Shown: positions 50,791-64,000 of the stretch, one piece after another
Layout: the number at the start of each line of letters is the position of its first letter
Position numbering within the stretch: the first letter of the stretch is position 1
Assembly: GCA_013265495.1 (NCBI GenBank)
Contig: MU058844.1
Span: forward strand, 2,025,520 to 2,089,519
From: Vicugna vicugna
Taxonomy: Eukaryota
DNA: 64,000 nucleotides
Reading direction: 5' to 3'
Made by a program: the position numbers and the translations under genes
The notes under the pieces: generated by a model
Database searches by the model: none
What the model was told of the DNA's origin: nothing
Seen by the model: only the letters and a program-made list of their open reading frames with translations

Positions 50791-52469
50791 TTATGTGATC
50801 CTACACTGCAAATCGTCACACCCTCAAGCAAATATCAAAAGAGCCTATGTTATAAAAGAGCTTAGAAAAATTCGCAGTTGAGAAAAAAATAAAAGTCTGA
50901 CCTTCCAAGTTGTATTTCCAAAAGGGTAAAATTTCCACATTCTACTTGACTATTACAGCATAAGATGATACAGCAGGTATTCATACTTCCTAAACCAACA
51001 GTGTATATTTTCATATGTGGAACTTCTGGTTTTAACATTAGCTACGTGGTAGTGCAATGCCTATATAAATCTGCCTAACAACAAAATGAATGATACAACA
51101 TCTGTCACTGTTTTCACTCAAAAACACCAATAACTGTGCAGCCTAATCCCTCAGAGACAGGCTGATCTCATCCTGCATTTGATGTCCTGAGAAATATCTA
51201 CTGATCTATAAAACTTATCACCAGCTGCAACAGAGAAAATCTGTCATTAGTTGTTTAGTAAGTGTTACTAGTTAGCTTTTCCAGTAGAGCCTAGTAATAC
51301 TGGAGAGCATCCTGTCCACAATTTTTAAAAATCAGTTAAAAGTTTTGTCTTAACCTTGACTACTTATTATTATAGGGGATGTGATATTCAAACACTTTCT
51401 GTTAGAGTTATGCTGAAATATGTTACTGTCAGAAGATATAAGGATCAATTCATGCTGGAGTCACAAAAGTAAAAATTATGGCTACACAGCTGAATTGGTA
51501 TTATTTATGATAAGTTCCAGGCAGTTCATCTTCTTTGGTTATGTTATTCTACATCAGGAAAAAAAAGAAATATTAGCTCTGACAGTTACAGGGACACAGT
51601 TGGATTTCAGTCTTACATTGCTCATTTGAAAACATGAATGCTATGCTCAAAACTAAATTCAGTCTTATTCATTTTACCTTATAGTTTTCTGTAAGAAGCA
51701 AAAACTAATCGAATGTATGAATGAAGGGATCAATAAATGAACAAACCAACCATTAGATTGAAAATTATTTGCCCTACATGTTGAGAGCTGATTAATATAA
51801 AAATTACCTTATATAGTATTTAAAAATTTCTAATTTACTTGATTCTCCTTCTACTCATAAAGCAGTGATAGGAATTTCTCACTTGTGTGAGATAATTGCC
51901 TCATGAAATTGTCTAAACCTTAAAATAATTACAGCATGTATTCAAAGATGATTAACAGTTAAGAATAAGGCCTTTGGTGTCAGATTTGCATTTGAATCCT
52001 AGCTGGCGATATGAATAGATTCAGAATTTCTGTATAGAAAGGATATGGAATTTTAGGGGATCACAAATAAAACTCATATATAGGAGATAAGTGATAGGAT
52101 GGATATGTCAACTTTATTGCCAGTAAAACCTATATTGGAAGATGTGGCTTAGGTTAATAGCCAGATAGGTTTGGAAATGTTCTCTGTTCTGTATATCCAC
52201 CCTTAATCCTACTTAGACATCAGAATAGCTAACTGATGGAAAACCTGAAGTCTACTGAGGGCAAACAAATTTACAAATAATTGCTGCCACTCACAGTTCT
52301 GGAATAAAAATGGAAGGAAACAGAATGAATAGAGAAGCACACCCCAGTGCATATGAACTGAAGGTCGTTTAGTGCCATCTGGCTGGGCACAGTGCCGGGC
52401 ACAGCACATAATGCTTAACAAATGATAGTTATCACTGCTGCAAGGCACACATGTTCTGATTCTTCTATT

Positions 52470-52636
52470 CCACTCTGGCGTCTCCAGGAAGGAATGCAGC
52501 CTTACTGACATATTCATTGTAGACCAGTAGACCATTTTCAGATCTCTGACCTCCAGAATTGTAAGATAAAATGTGTGTTCTTTCAATCCACTCAATGTGT
52601 GGTAATTTGTTACGGCAGCAATAGAGCACTAATATA
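52470..52636 (+). mobile_element. MLT1C/D LTR 3' fragment
   Basis: 'tctccaggaaggaatgcagccttactgaca...cagatctctgacctccagaattgtaagataaaatgtgtgttctttcaatccactcaatgtgtggtaatttgttacggcagcaatagagcactaata'. Confidence 0.85.
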
Positions 52637-55579
52637 GACTGCAAAGGCGAACTCTTCTCTGTACCACACTCTCCTGAGTCTTAACTGGACAAGGACTGGA
52701 TCAAAGGCCAAGATCTAAGGCCTGGGTTAGAAGATGAGGTGGCATGAATTCCAGATGTTGTGAACATCTGGAGCAGCAAGAAAGACATCTCCATGTAAAT
52801 GTGTTATTTGCCACTGATGTACTGTGACAAATACTAGATAGGAGGTTTTGGTGAAAAGAGTATGAAAGAGTCAACTCTCTTACCTCAGTGACATGTCTTC
52901 TTTTTAGAGGAACTGAACAAAATGGCAAAGATGGAGCATTTCTGTAATATTTTTTTCATGAACACATTGTGCTTCATAGGCAATTTTAAACCACACTGTC
53001 ATTCTGTGGCTCTGTCAGTAAAAGCTGGTTCCCAAAATACAGATTACTCCAAAGCAGAAGAACTCCAAAACAATGTATCATGTCCATTTAACTCTACCTT
53101 TTAATCTAGCACTAAACCAAAGCATTTTGGTGAAAAAAATCCAACAGTAAGACTATCTTGTTTTATTTTAGAAACTAGTAAAATTGGCTATTAATAGTTT
53201 AGGTTAATTATGGTCTTTAGGACAGAAGTTGCTTTTTTGAAGTAGAGCTGTCTTAATGCTCATTCCACTCAATTGAAATTGGACCTTTTCTTTGAGTTCT
53301 ACTTGGAAAGGAACCAATGCCAACTAGAGAAGTACCATAGGCTTCAGGTGGGAAACATTAAGAAATTATAAATTATATTAATCAAACTTGGTCTCTTCAT
53401 AGCAACTTACAGTAACACATCAGAACTTTAGAGAAGTTCATCTGTGCATTATTTTTTCATTGCTTCTTAAAAACCAGTGTGTGGAAGATGTTTCGCTATG
53501 CATTGACCCAGAATTCTGGATCCTCAGATCAGATTCTGTTTTGCTCACTCACTCATCCCTGACCAACTCTGCCTCTCCTTGGTGTCTGGAGGCTAAGATT
53601 TGGAAAGAATTTCAAAGGGCTTCTGCTCCCTAAGACCACTGCTTCTGCTCTGGGATGGCAATTTAAGGATCTGAGTTTTCCTTCTCTACCAAGGTTTCTA
53701 GGAGAAGCAACTTATAAAACACATCTGGAACACACTCTTGTATGAAATGGAAATTCCCTGAAGTGAGTAACTGTGTGTGATTCGTGATAAATACTTCCTT
53801 AAGTATTCATTCACAGACTAACTTGCAAAATTTTGAGTAATCATCCAGGGAAAACACATGCAGTGTAAATAAAGATCGTATTAATAAATAGTAGACGTCG
53901 TTTTCAGCTATTAACAGCTATTTCTGGAAAACTGAAATTTGAATATGTAAGTTTTCCTGACTCCAGGAATGCCTCTCTCCAGATCAGGCACATGGATATT
54001 TTTATGTCTTTTAACATGAGTTTCATGTTTTAAAATCCTTAATGTACAAATTTTCTTCTATGTAAATGAAATATTTGTCAATACAGAGAGGTAATGTGCA
54101 TTTTCTCTTAAACTAATTAATAATTCTACTGGCAAGTAACACTTTTTATCTTTTTATCAGCCTGTATCAGAGAACACCATTCTCTCCAACACCATTCTGA
54201 AAGCTTTTACAGATTGCAAACTAATTCAGATAAATGAAGAATGCCAAGAATTATTTGTTCCAGAAAAAGGTTTTCTTTCCTTTGAATAATGAAGTAGTAT
54301 CCCCGATTTTATCTAGACATACCTGAAAACCCCAGCTCTTTTCTTTTCAAAAAAGTGATAAGTTGCCTTTATGGACATTAGAAAAATATCACTTTTAATA
54401 ATAACACAAGGCTTTACGAAGGATGAGTTGATGGGAAATCAAATGATGTTCTCTTTAGGCAGGTGAGTAGAAGAAAGACCACACTTTAGACAAATATTAA
54501 CAGATTAAAGCCTGGATTTAAGCCCTCACACATATGGATTTGCACTCTAAACCAGCAGCTAAACTGCCCAAAAGCACCCAGAAGTCTTTTACAAAACAGA
54601 CCCTCAATAACTAATCTCTTTACTTGGACTTTTGAAGGTTTTTTTTTTTAAGTACTTTTTCTTGTTCTTTTACAAAGAGCAGTCATTTTAGGCTGTCAGT
54701 CAATGGACCATCGAAGGGATGAATGGCCAAGTGGTTATGCAAATGAGAAACAACAAAAACCCCAGTAATTACTTCGAGATAAGTGTTGGTAGCCTAAATA
54801 CAACTTAGTCTACCTTAAGAGCTATGGAACAGCACAAATAATCAATTACTTCTGTGGAGCACTCTGTCAACAACCCTTTCCCTCCAGGGAGTCATTATTG
54901 CATTAGATGCTCATAACAACTGGAGGGAGGAGTTGTTTCCTCACTTGTTCAGCTGCAGACTCTGAAGTCCAAAGTATGCACACCTGTAATACATACACCA
55001 CACTGAAGATATAATAATGATTGTAATATAAAGCAGCAAAGTAAAGTTCAAATGTAGCAAAAGGGTAGTTTGTAGGAAGTGTGTTCCTACCATTGTGTTT
55101 TGTTTAGACTTGAGATTATTCCAAAAGGAATTTAGAAAAATATTTAAAATCGGTAAATTTCATATAAAAACCCAGATATTCACCCATGACATTCTAAAAT
55201 GGCTCCAGACTGTTGAAGGTGAATATAGTGACCCTCTTAAAAAGTTGTGTGCCTTTTCAGATGGACACCATCTCTGCCACTAACTCAACATAGGCAAGTG
55301 CATATAAATCAGCAGTCTTCAAGGAAGAGGAGGGTCCTTCTGGGTCCCTTTTCCTTCCTGTCTAGAAGTTGGCATTTTCTTTTATCACTCACCTCATGTA
55401 CAGATATTTGTTCAGTTTTGAGGCTGGGATAAAACAAGCACAAGACAGAGTTCCATCCCTCATGAAGCTTTCATTCTAGTGGATGGAGCTTGATGGGCTC
55501 CTCTGTTACATTCCATCGCAAAGGTTATATGCAATCATTTTGAAACATATTTATTCATTTAATATATTATGGTGTTTGG

Positions 55580-55830
55580 GCATCTATTAATGAGTTACGA
55601 TGTTCCAGGTGCTGTGGCAAGCATATTGCATATCTCATCTCCAGGTGCTGTGGCAAGCATATTGCATATCTTATCTGAAAATGGAAGTCTCACAGTAACT
55701 CTTTGAGGTAGGGGTGATTATGAGCCTTTTGTTAAACATGATTTTACCTACAAATCTCAGAGGGAAACTGGCCCATAGTTTATAAGCTATAAAGTAGTCA
55801 AGCTCTGATTTGTATATAGGTCTAGCACAG
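55580..55830 (-). mobile_element. MIR SINE containing a 36-bp tandem duplication
   Basis: 'tattaatgagttacgatgttccaggtgctgtggcaagcatattgcatat...tctcacagtaactctttgaggtagggg'. Confidence 0.7.
55604..55675. repeat. 36-bp tandem duplication (2 copies, 35/36 identical)
   Basis: tccaggtgctgtggcaagcatattgcatatct(c/t)atc repeated twice. Confidence 0.97.
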
Positions 55831-57912
55831 AAGACCATTGTTCTTGTAGCAACTTATATGCTGCTAAGAGCAACTAGCTTGTTTCAACATTTTGCCTGGA
55901 AACCATCTCGCCCAGATCTATAAGTTAACTGGGTCTATTTACTATTGTCAGTTATAGCAGTACGTTTCTACTGTGAGTGGGTGACATAGGCTGCCGGTTT
56001 TTTCAGTCTCCTATACTAGTTTTCTTTCCATTTTGAGAATTTTTAAAAAATCTTTTTCTTGTGTCCCACTACTTAGCTCAGTATTTTAGGTTTTTGTCAC
56101 AGTAGCAGTTAATTCTAGGAACTGCCTGCCTCAATGAAGAGTTAACCTAGGGAATATATGCTTAAACACAGAACCTTCCCCCTATTAGCCATGTAAAACC
56201 AATGGACGTGTATTTGTGTTGATGAGAAGAGAGTAGGGAAATAGATATGTGGTCAGATCAAATAATTTGAGTGGTTAAGAACCATTACCCTATTGATAAT
56301 ATTAGCCTTATCACATAGAATATGTAGCTGTCAAGAGACTCTGCTTTCTCGTCATGAATGTGAGAATGAGGACTTAAAGAAATTATTTCTAAAATGATAA
56401 AGTTAATTCAGTGTCTAGCAGAGCTGTTTTATAACTACTGCAATTTCTTTTGTTTATAAATATAAATTACCATACAACAAATGAATTACCTTCTGCAAGC
56501 TAATGTTCTTTTTCTTAAGAATAAAAAAATGACTTTTGAATTCTAATCTTAATCCACAGTATACATCAAGGAACTTTGCATGTTTAAAAAAAGGCAGCTG
56601 AGTAATATTTACTGTTATCTTCAGGGTATAATTTAATTGCAAGTGAAAACATGCAGTAATGCATCCCTCCAAATATATAAATTATGTGCCTTCATGTCAT
56701 AGCCCCAAACTCCACACAAGCATTATGGGCAAATAAGTTTCTTTTAGAGAACAACCAAGTTTGATCAATAATTACTTACAAAATAAAGCAATGAGGGAAA
56801 AAAAGACAATCAACTGGTAAGAAATTTAGAAATCTCGAGTTAGCAGTTTAAATAACATATGTATTATGCTCAAGACAGTAAGACAGTACTAAAAATATTT
56901 TAACTCATTCAATTTTTATATTCTCTCACTAAAAACTTGTAAAGTTTCAAAATAGGAATTATACGTATGCATGAAAAAGTATATTTCCTTTACGGTTTCA
57001 TATGTAAAAATTAAAGCCCATCATGGGGACAAAGTATACAGCAGGACCACTTGGCTCTGTATTTTACATTCACAGCTTTTCACATTTTGACTTGCAATAC
57101 TATTTCCAAATAGAGATATAGTCATAGATGTGCACTGTCATAGAGATACACTGATTTGAGTTTAAAGGAAACCATGATCATATTTCTTTAAAAACACAAC
57201 TGATTACAAATCTTATCTTTACATTCCTTAATTTTTAAAAGTTAGCCTATAAAATGAAAGGGATATTGGCTCTATCAAACTTTTAGAGATTCTGATAACA
57301 TGGTTCTTATTTGGTGGAAGATCATTTTTTTTCAGGATAGATATTTGTAAGATTTGTAGCCATTTTTAAATTGATTAGTATCACAGTCCTAAATATCTGT
57401 TCATTTATTCATTCATGCCACAGATATTTATTTAGCATCTATAGAGTGCCCACAGTGCTAGATACTAAAAATGATGGTGCACTATCATTATTATCAAGAA
57501 ATACACTAACTGCACTATCTTGTAAGAGGAGAGAGACATATAAACAAACAAGAACAATTAAATGTTCATTTGAGAAAAGTCTGTCCTAAGCGTGTGATGA
57601 TGTGAATGACAAAAATGGATTAATAACTACTTCTAAGGATTAGAAAAATGGCAAAGATCAATTTAGACTTTCTAAGAAGTTATATTTTAAATAAATATTG
57701 AAACTTAAGTAAATTTCATTAATTGATGGAAGGGGAAACAGAATAAGCAATGAGCTAGATGGTATGAAAGAGTGTGATGCATTTGGGCTCTCCAGGCAGT
57801 TCACTGTGGTTGGTGTTCATGTAGGGCATGGAAGGACACAGTAAGAGATGAGGCTGGAGACCTCAACAAGAACCTGCCATGAATCTCGTATTCCAGGTAG
57901 TGTGGTTAATTT

Positions 57913-58125
57913 CTGTATTATCCAATAAGACAACCACTAGCCACATGCGGCTATTTACATTTAATTTTAATTAATTACAATTAAAGACAATTAAAAATTA
58001 AATTTCAAAGTCACTTTAGCCATATTTCAAGTGCTAAATAACCACTGCATCTTGTAGCTACAATTTGGGACAGTATAGATATCAATCATTTCTGTCATTG
58101 CAGAAAGTTCTGTTGGATAGCACTG
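57913..58125 (-). mobile_element. MER3 (hAT-Charlie MITE)
   Basis: 'ctgtattatccaataagacaaccactagccacatgcggctattt...tagccatatttcaagtgctaaataaccac...ggacagtatagata...cattgcagaaagttctgttggatagcactg'. Confidence 0.88.
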
Positions 58126-58167
58126 AATCATTGAGAATAGAAATCTCAAATTTCAATGCCCATAGAC

Positions 58168-58212
58168 GTATGTGTGTGTGTATATATACATACATATATA
58201 TATATATATGTA
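58168..58212. repeat. Compound (TG)n(TA)n microsatellite
   Basis: Directly visible in the sequence. Confidence 0.9.
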
Positions 58213-58778
58213 TGGAGAGAAAGAGAGAGAACAGGTTTCAACTAAGTAAAAAATACATGATCCAACATCGCTAGGTCTTTCAATTGTTTCAGAAATTAAA
58301 TAAATTAAAATTATTGAACTGAAGGTTATGTCCAAAGTTTAGCCTCTTATTCATAATCTTTTTTTAAGTTTTGAAGAATTTTAAGCAACAAATATAATCA
58401 TATTCTTAAGTTACATTTATCACTTTGGTGGCTTTTTGGATAATAGATTAGAAGAAGGCAATATTGGAGACAAATTATAAAAATAGTTTATATCGGTGCC
58501 ATAGTGAGAGAAAAATCTCGATCAGGGGAGCATCAGTGGAGATAAAGAAGAGATGATGGATAGTATCACAGGAGGACTCCTTAGACTGTTGATTAGTTGA
58601 GGAGAAGGTTTTATCATTTCCTGAGGTAGAAAATACACAAGGAAACCTTATGTTGGTGAATAATGATAAATTCAGTTCTCAACATGCTGAAACTGAGGTG
58701 GCAATGGGACATCCCAGAGGGAATGTTCAGTAGAAACAGAAATAAAAATTATAGAGTATAGGTTAATTGTCTCTAGTG

Positions 58779-58995
58779 TAGGGTTTGCTAAACCAGTATG
58801 CATGGCTCAAATCCAGCCCACTTCCTATTTTTGTAAATAAAGTTTTATCAGCACACAGTCATGCCTATTCATTTACGTATGTCTATGGCTGCTTTTGCTC
58901 TATAATGCTGAATAGTTACAGCAAGGATTTATGGCCCACAGACCAACAATATCTAATACCTGTCCCTTTACCTAGAAAAAGTTTGCTGACTTCTG
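58779..58995. mobile_element. MER58A (hAT-Charlie MITE)
   Basis: 'caaatccagcccacttcctatttttgtaaataaagttttatcagcacacagtcatgcctattcatttacgtatgtctatggctgcttt...aaaaagtttgctgacttctg'. Degenerate 8-bp TSD ctctagtg / ctcaagag. Confidence 0.9.
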
Positions 58996-59914
58996 CTCAA
59001 GAGCAGAACTCTATAAGAAACACACATTCCTCAACCAAATTCATTCTTTTTGATCAATTAGAAAATATTATTTATTAAGAACTACCTATATGCCAGGCTT
59101 TAGACTAACAAATGATACATGGAAATTCTTCAGTAAAAGTAACAATGTAGCACTTTAAAAGCATACAGATATAATTGTGATAAGAAAAAGGACTTAATAT
59201 TAGAGACATTTTATTTCCTTCTCAAGGTATTGCAAAGAAGAATATCTTACCAGGGCAAATATGTGAATTCTGCCAGTTTTGACAGTCTTCAAACCATTTT
59301 GTTTAGGTTCCTGTAAATTTTCTACTGGGATGTTAGGTGATATTGGTTTCTCTGTCATTTCTTCCAGAGTACTTCAACATTAACACACAACTCCAGAAAC
59401 ATGAAACATGAAAGCCTTCCAGACTGACATCTATGAAACCCCAAAAGAACTTCCAGCCTAAGCAGATCACTAGTGAGATGACTTGAAGAGACTTCTCGGC
59501 AAACCTATAACTCCAGTAAAGTAAGTGACCATTCATTCAGTCAGTCATTCACATATCCAATTATTTAACAAATATTTTGAGGTACCTATTATTTACCAAA
59601 TACTATTTTGGCCTTGAATATATAAAAGTGAACAAAATAATAATTTTAGGATGCAATACAGACATTGACCTAGTTGAAAAAATTATGTCTCATGGAGTTC
59701 TGAGGGAATATAATGGCAAAGTTTAAATAACTGGATGGTAAACTGAACAAATGTATTAACCTCTACTTCTTCACTAAATCCCATACAAATGTCAATAATA
59801 AAAAGAGCCTTAAAATACATCAGGAAGGACAATGAAAAGAAGTAAGACTATAGCAGCAGAATTTCAGAAGCTAGAAAGAAAGATAAAATTCACTGACTTA
59901 AAAGAGCTAAGACG

Positions 59915-62900
59915 TTTCTAGTTTCAGCAACAACATGTGAAGAGCTTGGAAGTACCTCCCATGACAATTAAAACAAAACAGAACAAAGCAAAAAATGAGT
60001 ATCAGTGACCTTTCTTGGACTCATCAGAAAATGGAGGTTTCACAGCAAAACACTATACTGCTTAGGCAGGTGAATTCAGAGACTCATAGCTGGAATCTTC
60101 TTAACTGGAGCAGAGGCTGCTGTAGCCATAAACTGGTAGAAACTCTTACATGGTGATTGTGACCAGTTGCTGAAGGGAGAATGTAGTTTAGCGTGAAAAT
60201 AAGAAACTCTTGGGTTCTGCAGTCTTAGGGAAATCCCAAACTTTCATGGGTTTTCCACTAGAAACTCTACCAGGTTTCAAGTTGAAGACCCAAGGAAGAT
60301 CCCCTCATGGTTCTGGGATGGGGAGAAGATGAGTAATCATTGTGTAATTTGTCTAGTGTGCTCTCTGTAATGAAGGTCTACTCTCCAGGGGAAAAGACTT
60401 TACTAGAGCCTTATCCCAGCTGAGGGCAAGGGTTTCCTACCACTCCAGCTCCTCTAAATGTCCTGTTTTACCAAAGCAGAGGGAGGGGGAAGTTATACTA
60501 GGAGAGAAATAGTTGTGAAGGTCACAGTTAAGTAAGGTCCATACTTAACAGGCTCACTAAGAGACTAAGATTTAATCATAAGATTATAGAATGCTCCTCC
60601 TTCCCCATTCCTTATCATCATACAGTAACACTCTAGTATAGTTAACAGCGAATTACAACTGGAAGAGCTACAGGGTACAGACTCTTTCTGAGGAAGAGGA
60701 CTTAGGGAAGCCAAAAGCCAAGTGCAAAGACAGACCAAGGATACTAGAGGAATTTGAAACTTTTGTTACCTAAAGCCACAGCAGATATACATACAATTCA
60801 GTTCCTACACAAATCAACACAGACCCTCACATTAAAGGTCTGTTTACCTCAGTTCCCATTACCTGATACAACATGCCTGGCTTTCAACAAAAAATTACAA
60901 GGCATGCCAAAAGGTAAGGAAAAATAGTCTAAAGAGGCAAAGTAAGCCTTAGAAACAGACTCAGATGTGACAATGTTGGAATTATCATAGGGGATTTTTT
61001 TTATCACTGACTAAACATTATGAGCTCTAATGGAAAAAGTAGATAACATGCAAGAACACATGGGTAAAGTAAGCAGAGAGATGGAAACCCTGAGGAAGAA
61101 TCCAAAAGAAATGCTAGAAATCCCAAACCCTATAACAGACATGAAGAATGCCTGTGATAAGTTCATCAGTGGACTAGAGGAGGGATTCAGTGAGTTGAAG
61201 GTAGGTCAATAGAAACTTTCCAAAATGAAATTCAAAGAGAAAAAGGAATAGAAAAACAAACAAACAAACAAACAAAAAACTTCCCAAACCTCAGAACATC
61301 CAAACACTGTAGAACAATGACAAAAGGTATAACATACACATAACTGGAATACCAGAAGAAGAAAGAAATATTTGAAGTAATAATGGCAGAGATGCTTCCA
61401 AAATTTATGATAGACAACAAACCACAGATCCAGAAAAGTTGGAGAACAGTAAGGAGGATAAATACCAGAAACACTCTCTCTCCAAATAAAGAGAGAGGGA
61501 GGTAGAAAAAAATCTTAAAAGAATCCAGAGGGGGAAAAATACACCTTACTTAAGGAAGGAACAAAAACACAATGGACTTCTCAACAGGAATTATGCAAGG
61601 AAGAAGGTAGGCTAAATCTTCAAAGTGTTGAAAGGGGAAAAAAAAAAAAACACCACCAGCCAAGAATTCTATATACAGAAGGATTACTCTCCTAAGTGAA
61701 AGAGAAATAAAATCTTTCTAAGACAAACAAAAGCTGAAGAAATTCATTACCAGCATACTTGCAAAAAAACTCAAAAGATTTCTTTAACCAGAAGGAAGAT
61801 AAGTCACAAACTTGAATTTACCTAAAGTTTCATATGAAAAAAAAATTTATTTTTCTTATTTTTATTTGCTATGGAAGATAACTTTGTTTAAAGCAATAGT
61901 AGTAACAATGTTCCGTGTGATCATAGTGTATGGATAAATAATGAATGACAGCAATGTCCCAGGGAGAGGAAGGAAGGACTGGAAACATCTAAGGTACCTG
62001 TACTACAAGTGAAGCAGGATGGCATCATTTGAGCAACAATCAGATTAGTTAAAAATGTATTTTGGAAAATGTAAGACAACCACTACATTTTAAAAAATGA
62101 ATTTATGTGCTAAGACACGAGGTAAAAAGGAATCATATAAGACACTCATTTAGAAGCCAAACAAGGCAGAAGAGGCGGGGGAGTGGGGGTGGAGAACAGA
62201 TTCAACAAGTAGACCAAAGTTATAAACATGTTAGATATTAATCCAACTATATCAAGAACAACTCTAGTGTGAGTGGTGAAAGCATCCATTAAAATTTGGA
62301 GATTGTCATTGTGGATAAAAAAGCAAGACTCAATGTATGTTGTCTGATAGAAACCAACTTTAAAAATGAAATCTCAGATTGGTTAAAAAGGATGGAGCAA
62401 TAGACATTTATTCTAATAATTATCCAAAGAAAACTAAAGTAGTTGTATTAATTTTAAACAAAGCATATTTCAGAACAAGGAAAATTATCATGGACAAACA
62501 GACATTACCTAATGATAAAAGAGTCCATTTTAATTTCTCTTAAAGGTTTACTTAACAATATAGAGTGTCAAAAAAGGAGGCTAAAACTGAAGGGAGAAAT
62601 AGACAAATTCACCACTATAGCTGAAGCCTTCAACAACACTCTTTTAGTAACTGATAGATCATCAATCAGAAAATCAGGGTATATTTAACCTGAATATTAC
62701 TATTAATCAACTAGAGTTAACTTATGTTTATGGAATATTCCAGCCAACAGTAGCAGGGTTCACATCCTTCTCAAGCTCACATAAACATTCACCAAGATTG
62801 ACCACACTCTGGGACATAAAATATGCCTTAACAAATTTAATAGGATAGAAAACACACCAAATATGCTCTCAGACCTATGGAATTGTTAATACAAATCAAA

Positions 62901-63170
62901 CAGAAAGACAGCTGGCAAATGTCCAAATATTTGAGATAAGACATCACTTCTAAGTAACTTTTGAATTAAAGAAGACAAATGTTTGAATCAATAGAAATTA
63001 TAAAAAATAACTTGAGTGAATGAAAATGTAAAGACAACTTATCAAAATTTGTAGAATGCAGGAAAAAGCAAGGGTAAAAAGAAATTTATAGCATTTAAGT
63101 GCATGCATTAAAAAAGAAGAAAGATCTAAAATCACTAGCCTCAACTTCATTTTAGGAAACTAGATAAAAT
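59915..63170 (+). mobile_element. Old L1 (L1MC/L1MD-like) 5' half: 5'UTR, ORF1, inter-ORF region and ORF2 endonuclease
   Basis: ORF 61030-61212 MEKVDNMQEHMGKVSREMETLRKNPKEMLEI is ORF1p coiled-coil. 'ccaagaattctata' corresponds to PRILY. EN motifs 'tatgttgtctgatagaaacc' (CCLQET), 'cattcaccaagattgaccacactctgggacataaa' (FTKIDHTLGHK) and 'ctctcagacc' (SDH region). Confidence 0.9.
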
Positions 63171-63288
63171 TTTTTAAAAATATTTTTAAATCTTTTGAAG
63201 AGCCAAATTAAAAAAAAAAGACATGATACATCTAATTTGTATATTTTCTTATTTTAGAGTTGTAAATACAAGAACTTGCAGTAAAGTG

Positions 63289-63646
63289 TGCTATAGATGC
63301 AATGTTTGCAGTGCCTCAAAATTCACATGTTGAAGTCTAATCCCCAGTATTAGCAGGTGGGGTCTGTGGGAGGTGATTAGGTCATGAGGGTGAAGCCCTC
63401 ATGAATGGGATTAGTGCTCTTATAAAAGAGGTCCCAGTGAAGGCCCCTTGCACCTTCTGCCATATCGGTTATAGCAAAAAGACAACCATCTATGAATCAG
63501 GAAGTGTGCTGTCTCCAAATTACGAACTCTGTGGAGCCTTGATTTTGGACTTCACAGCTGCCAGAACCGTGAGGAATCAGTATCTGTGGTTTCTAGGCTA
63601 TCCAGTCTCTGAAATTTTGTTACAGCAAGCTTCACAGACTAAGACA
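63289..63646 (+). mobile_element. MLT1A/MLT1A0 solo LTR, full length (358 bp)
   Basis: 'tgctatagatgcaatg...gggaggtgattaggtcatgagggtgaagccctcatgaatgggattagtgctcttataaaagag...ttttgttacagcaagcttcacagactaagaca'. Confidence 0.92.
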
Positions 63647-63930
63647 CTGTGTTTTCTTTGTAAATATTATATGAAATAACTGCTAAGAACTATTGGCTTT
63701 GTCTGGACTTTTTTCTCAGTGAAGGGATGATGTGAACAGAAGTCATCAGTCTTATACTAGTTGCAGAGGAGGTTTGGGGAAGAATCAGCCATTTCTTCCC
63801 TCAACCCTCAAGTGGTTACACGTTCGAAAACCCCTGGGTTAGCATATAAGTCATCACACCTTGTAACAAAATGCTGTCATATATAAACAGTCATATGTAA
63901 GTTTATTAGCAAAATTCGTAATTTTATATA

Positions 63931-64000
63931 CAGTTGTCCCTTGAACAATACAGGTTTGAACTTTGCAGGTCCAGTTATACACAAATTTTTTTCAATAAAC
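63931..64000 (+). mobile_element. Tigger2-type TcMar DNA transposon left end (runs off the window)
   Basis: TA target followed by 'cagttgtcccttgaacaatacaggtttgaactttgcaggtccagttatacacaaatttttttcaataaa'. Confidence 0.85.

Larger units (their letters stand above)
57395..58770 (-). mobile_element. L2 LINE interrupted by MER3 and a microsatellite
   Basis: 'ttcatttattcattcatgccacagatatttatttagcatctatagagtgcc', 'gtaagagatgaggctggaga', 'atcactttggtggctttttggataatagattagaag', 'ataaattcagttctcaacatgctgaaactgaggtggcaatgggacatcc'. Confidence 0.75.

Noticed and set aside
52209..52595. 128-aa minus-strand ORF
   Set aside because: Runs across an MLT1 fragment and other repeat-like sequence; the peptide is typical of translated repeats.
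59251..59310. 60-nt minus-strand exon-like segment (EPKQNGLKTVKTGRIHIFAL) with a gtaaga donor
   Set aside because: Purine-rich, weak acceptor and no recognisable homology.
1..64000. CRISPR array, prokaryotic operon or defence system, NUMT, or non-retroviral endogenous viral element
   Set aside because: No regularly spaced repeat-spacer array, no long ORFs and no mitochondrial or viral peptide recognised; the content is typical eutherian interspersed repeats. A tBLASTx search would be needed to exclude highly decayed elements.

Overview
AT-rich mammalian (eutherian) non-coding DNA, either intergenic or deep intronic. I found no protein-coding gene, CpG island or CRISPR array that the sequence supports. 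The ORF track is explained by decayed L1, LTR and L2 sequence or by chance. Roughly half the window is recognisable interspersed repeats: L2, L3/CR1, MIR, several L1 strata, MLT1 and LTR33 solo LTRs, an ERVL integrase relic, and MER3/MER5A/MER58/MER94/Tigger DNA transposons. The youngest L1 3' ends, together with no obvious Alu/B1/Bov-tA/CHR/PRE/CAN SINEs, suggest a cetartiodactyl, most likely a camelid. The most notable items are (i) a tailless 5'-half tRNA-Trp retropseudogene with target-site duplication and 3' microhomology, inserted in an L1 ORF2 (18646-18680), and (ii) two consensus nuclear-receptor direct repeats in apparently unique DNA: a DR5 at 27115-27131 within a TCF/SOX/PBX-HOX motif cluster, and a perfect DR2 at 32591-32604. 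Repeat family names come from recalled consensus sequences, not a database search, and most boundaries are approximate. I do not see convincing evidence for a wholly new biological system.
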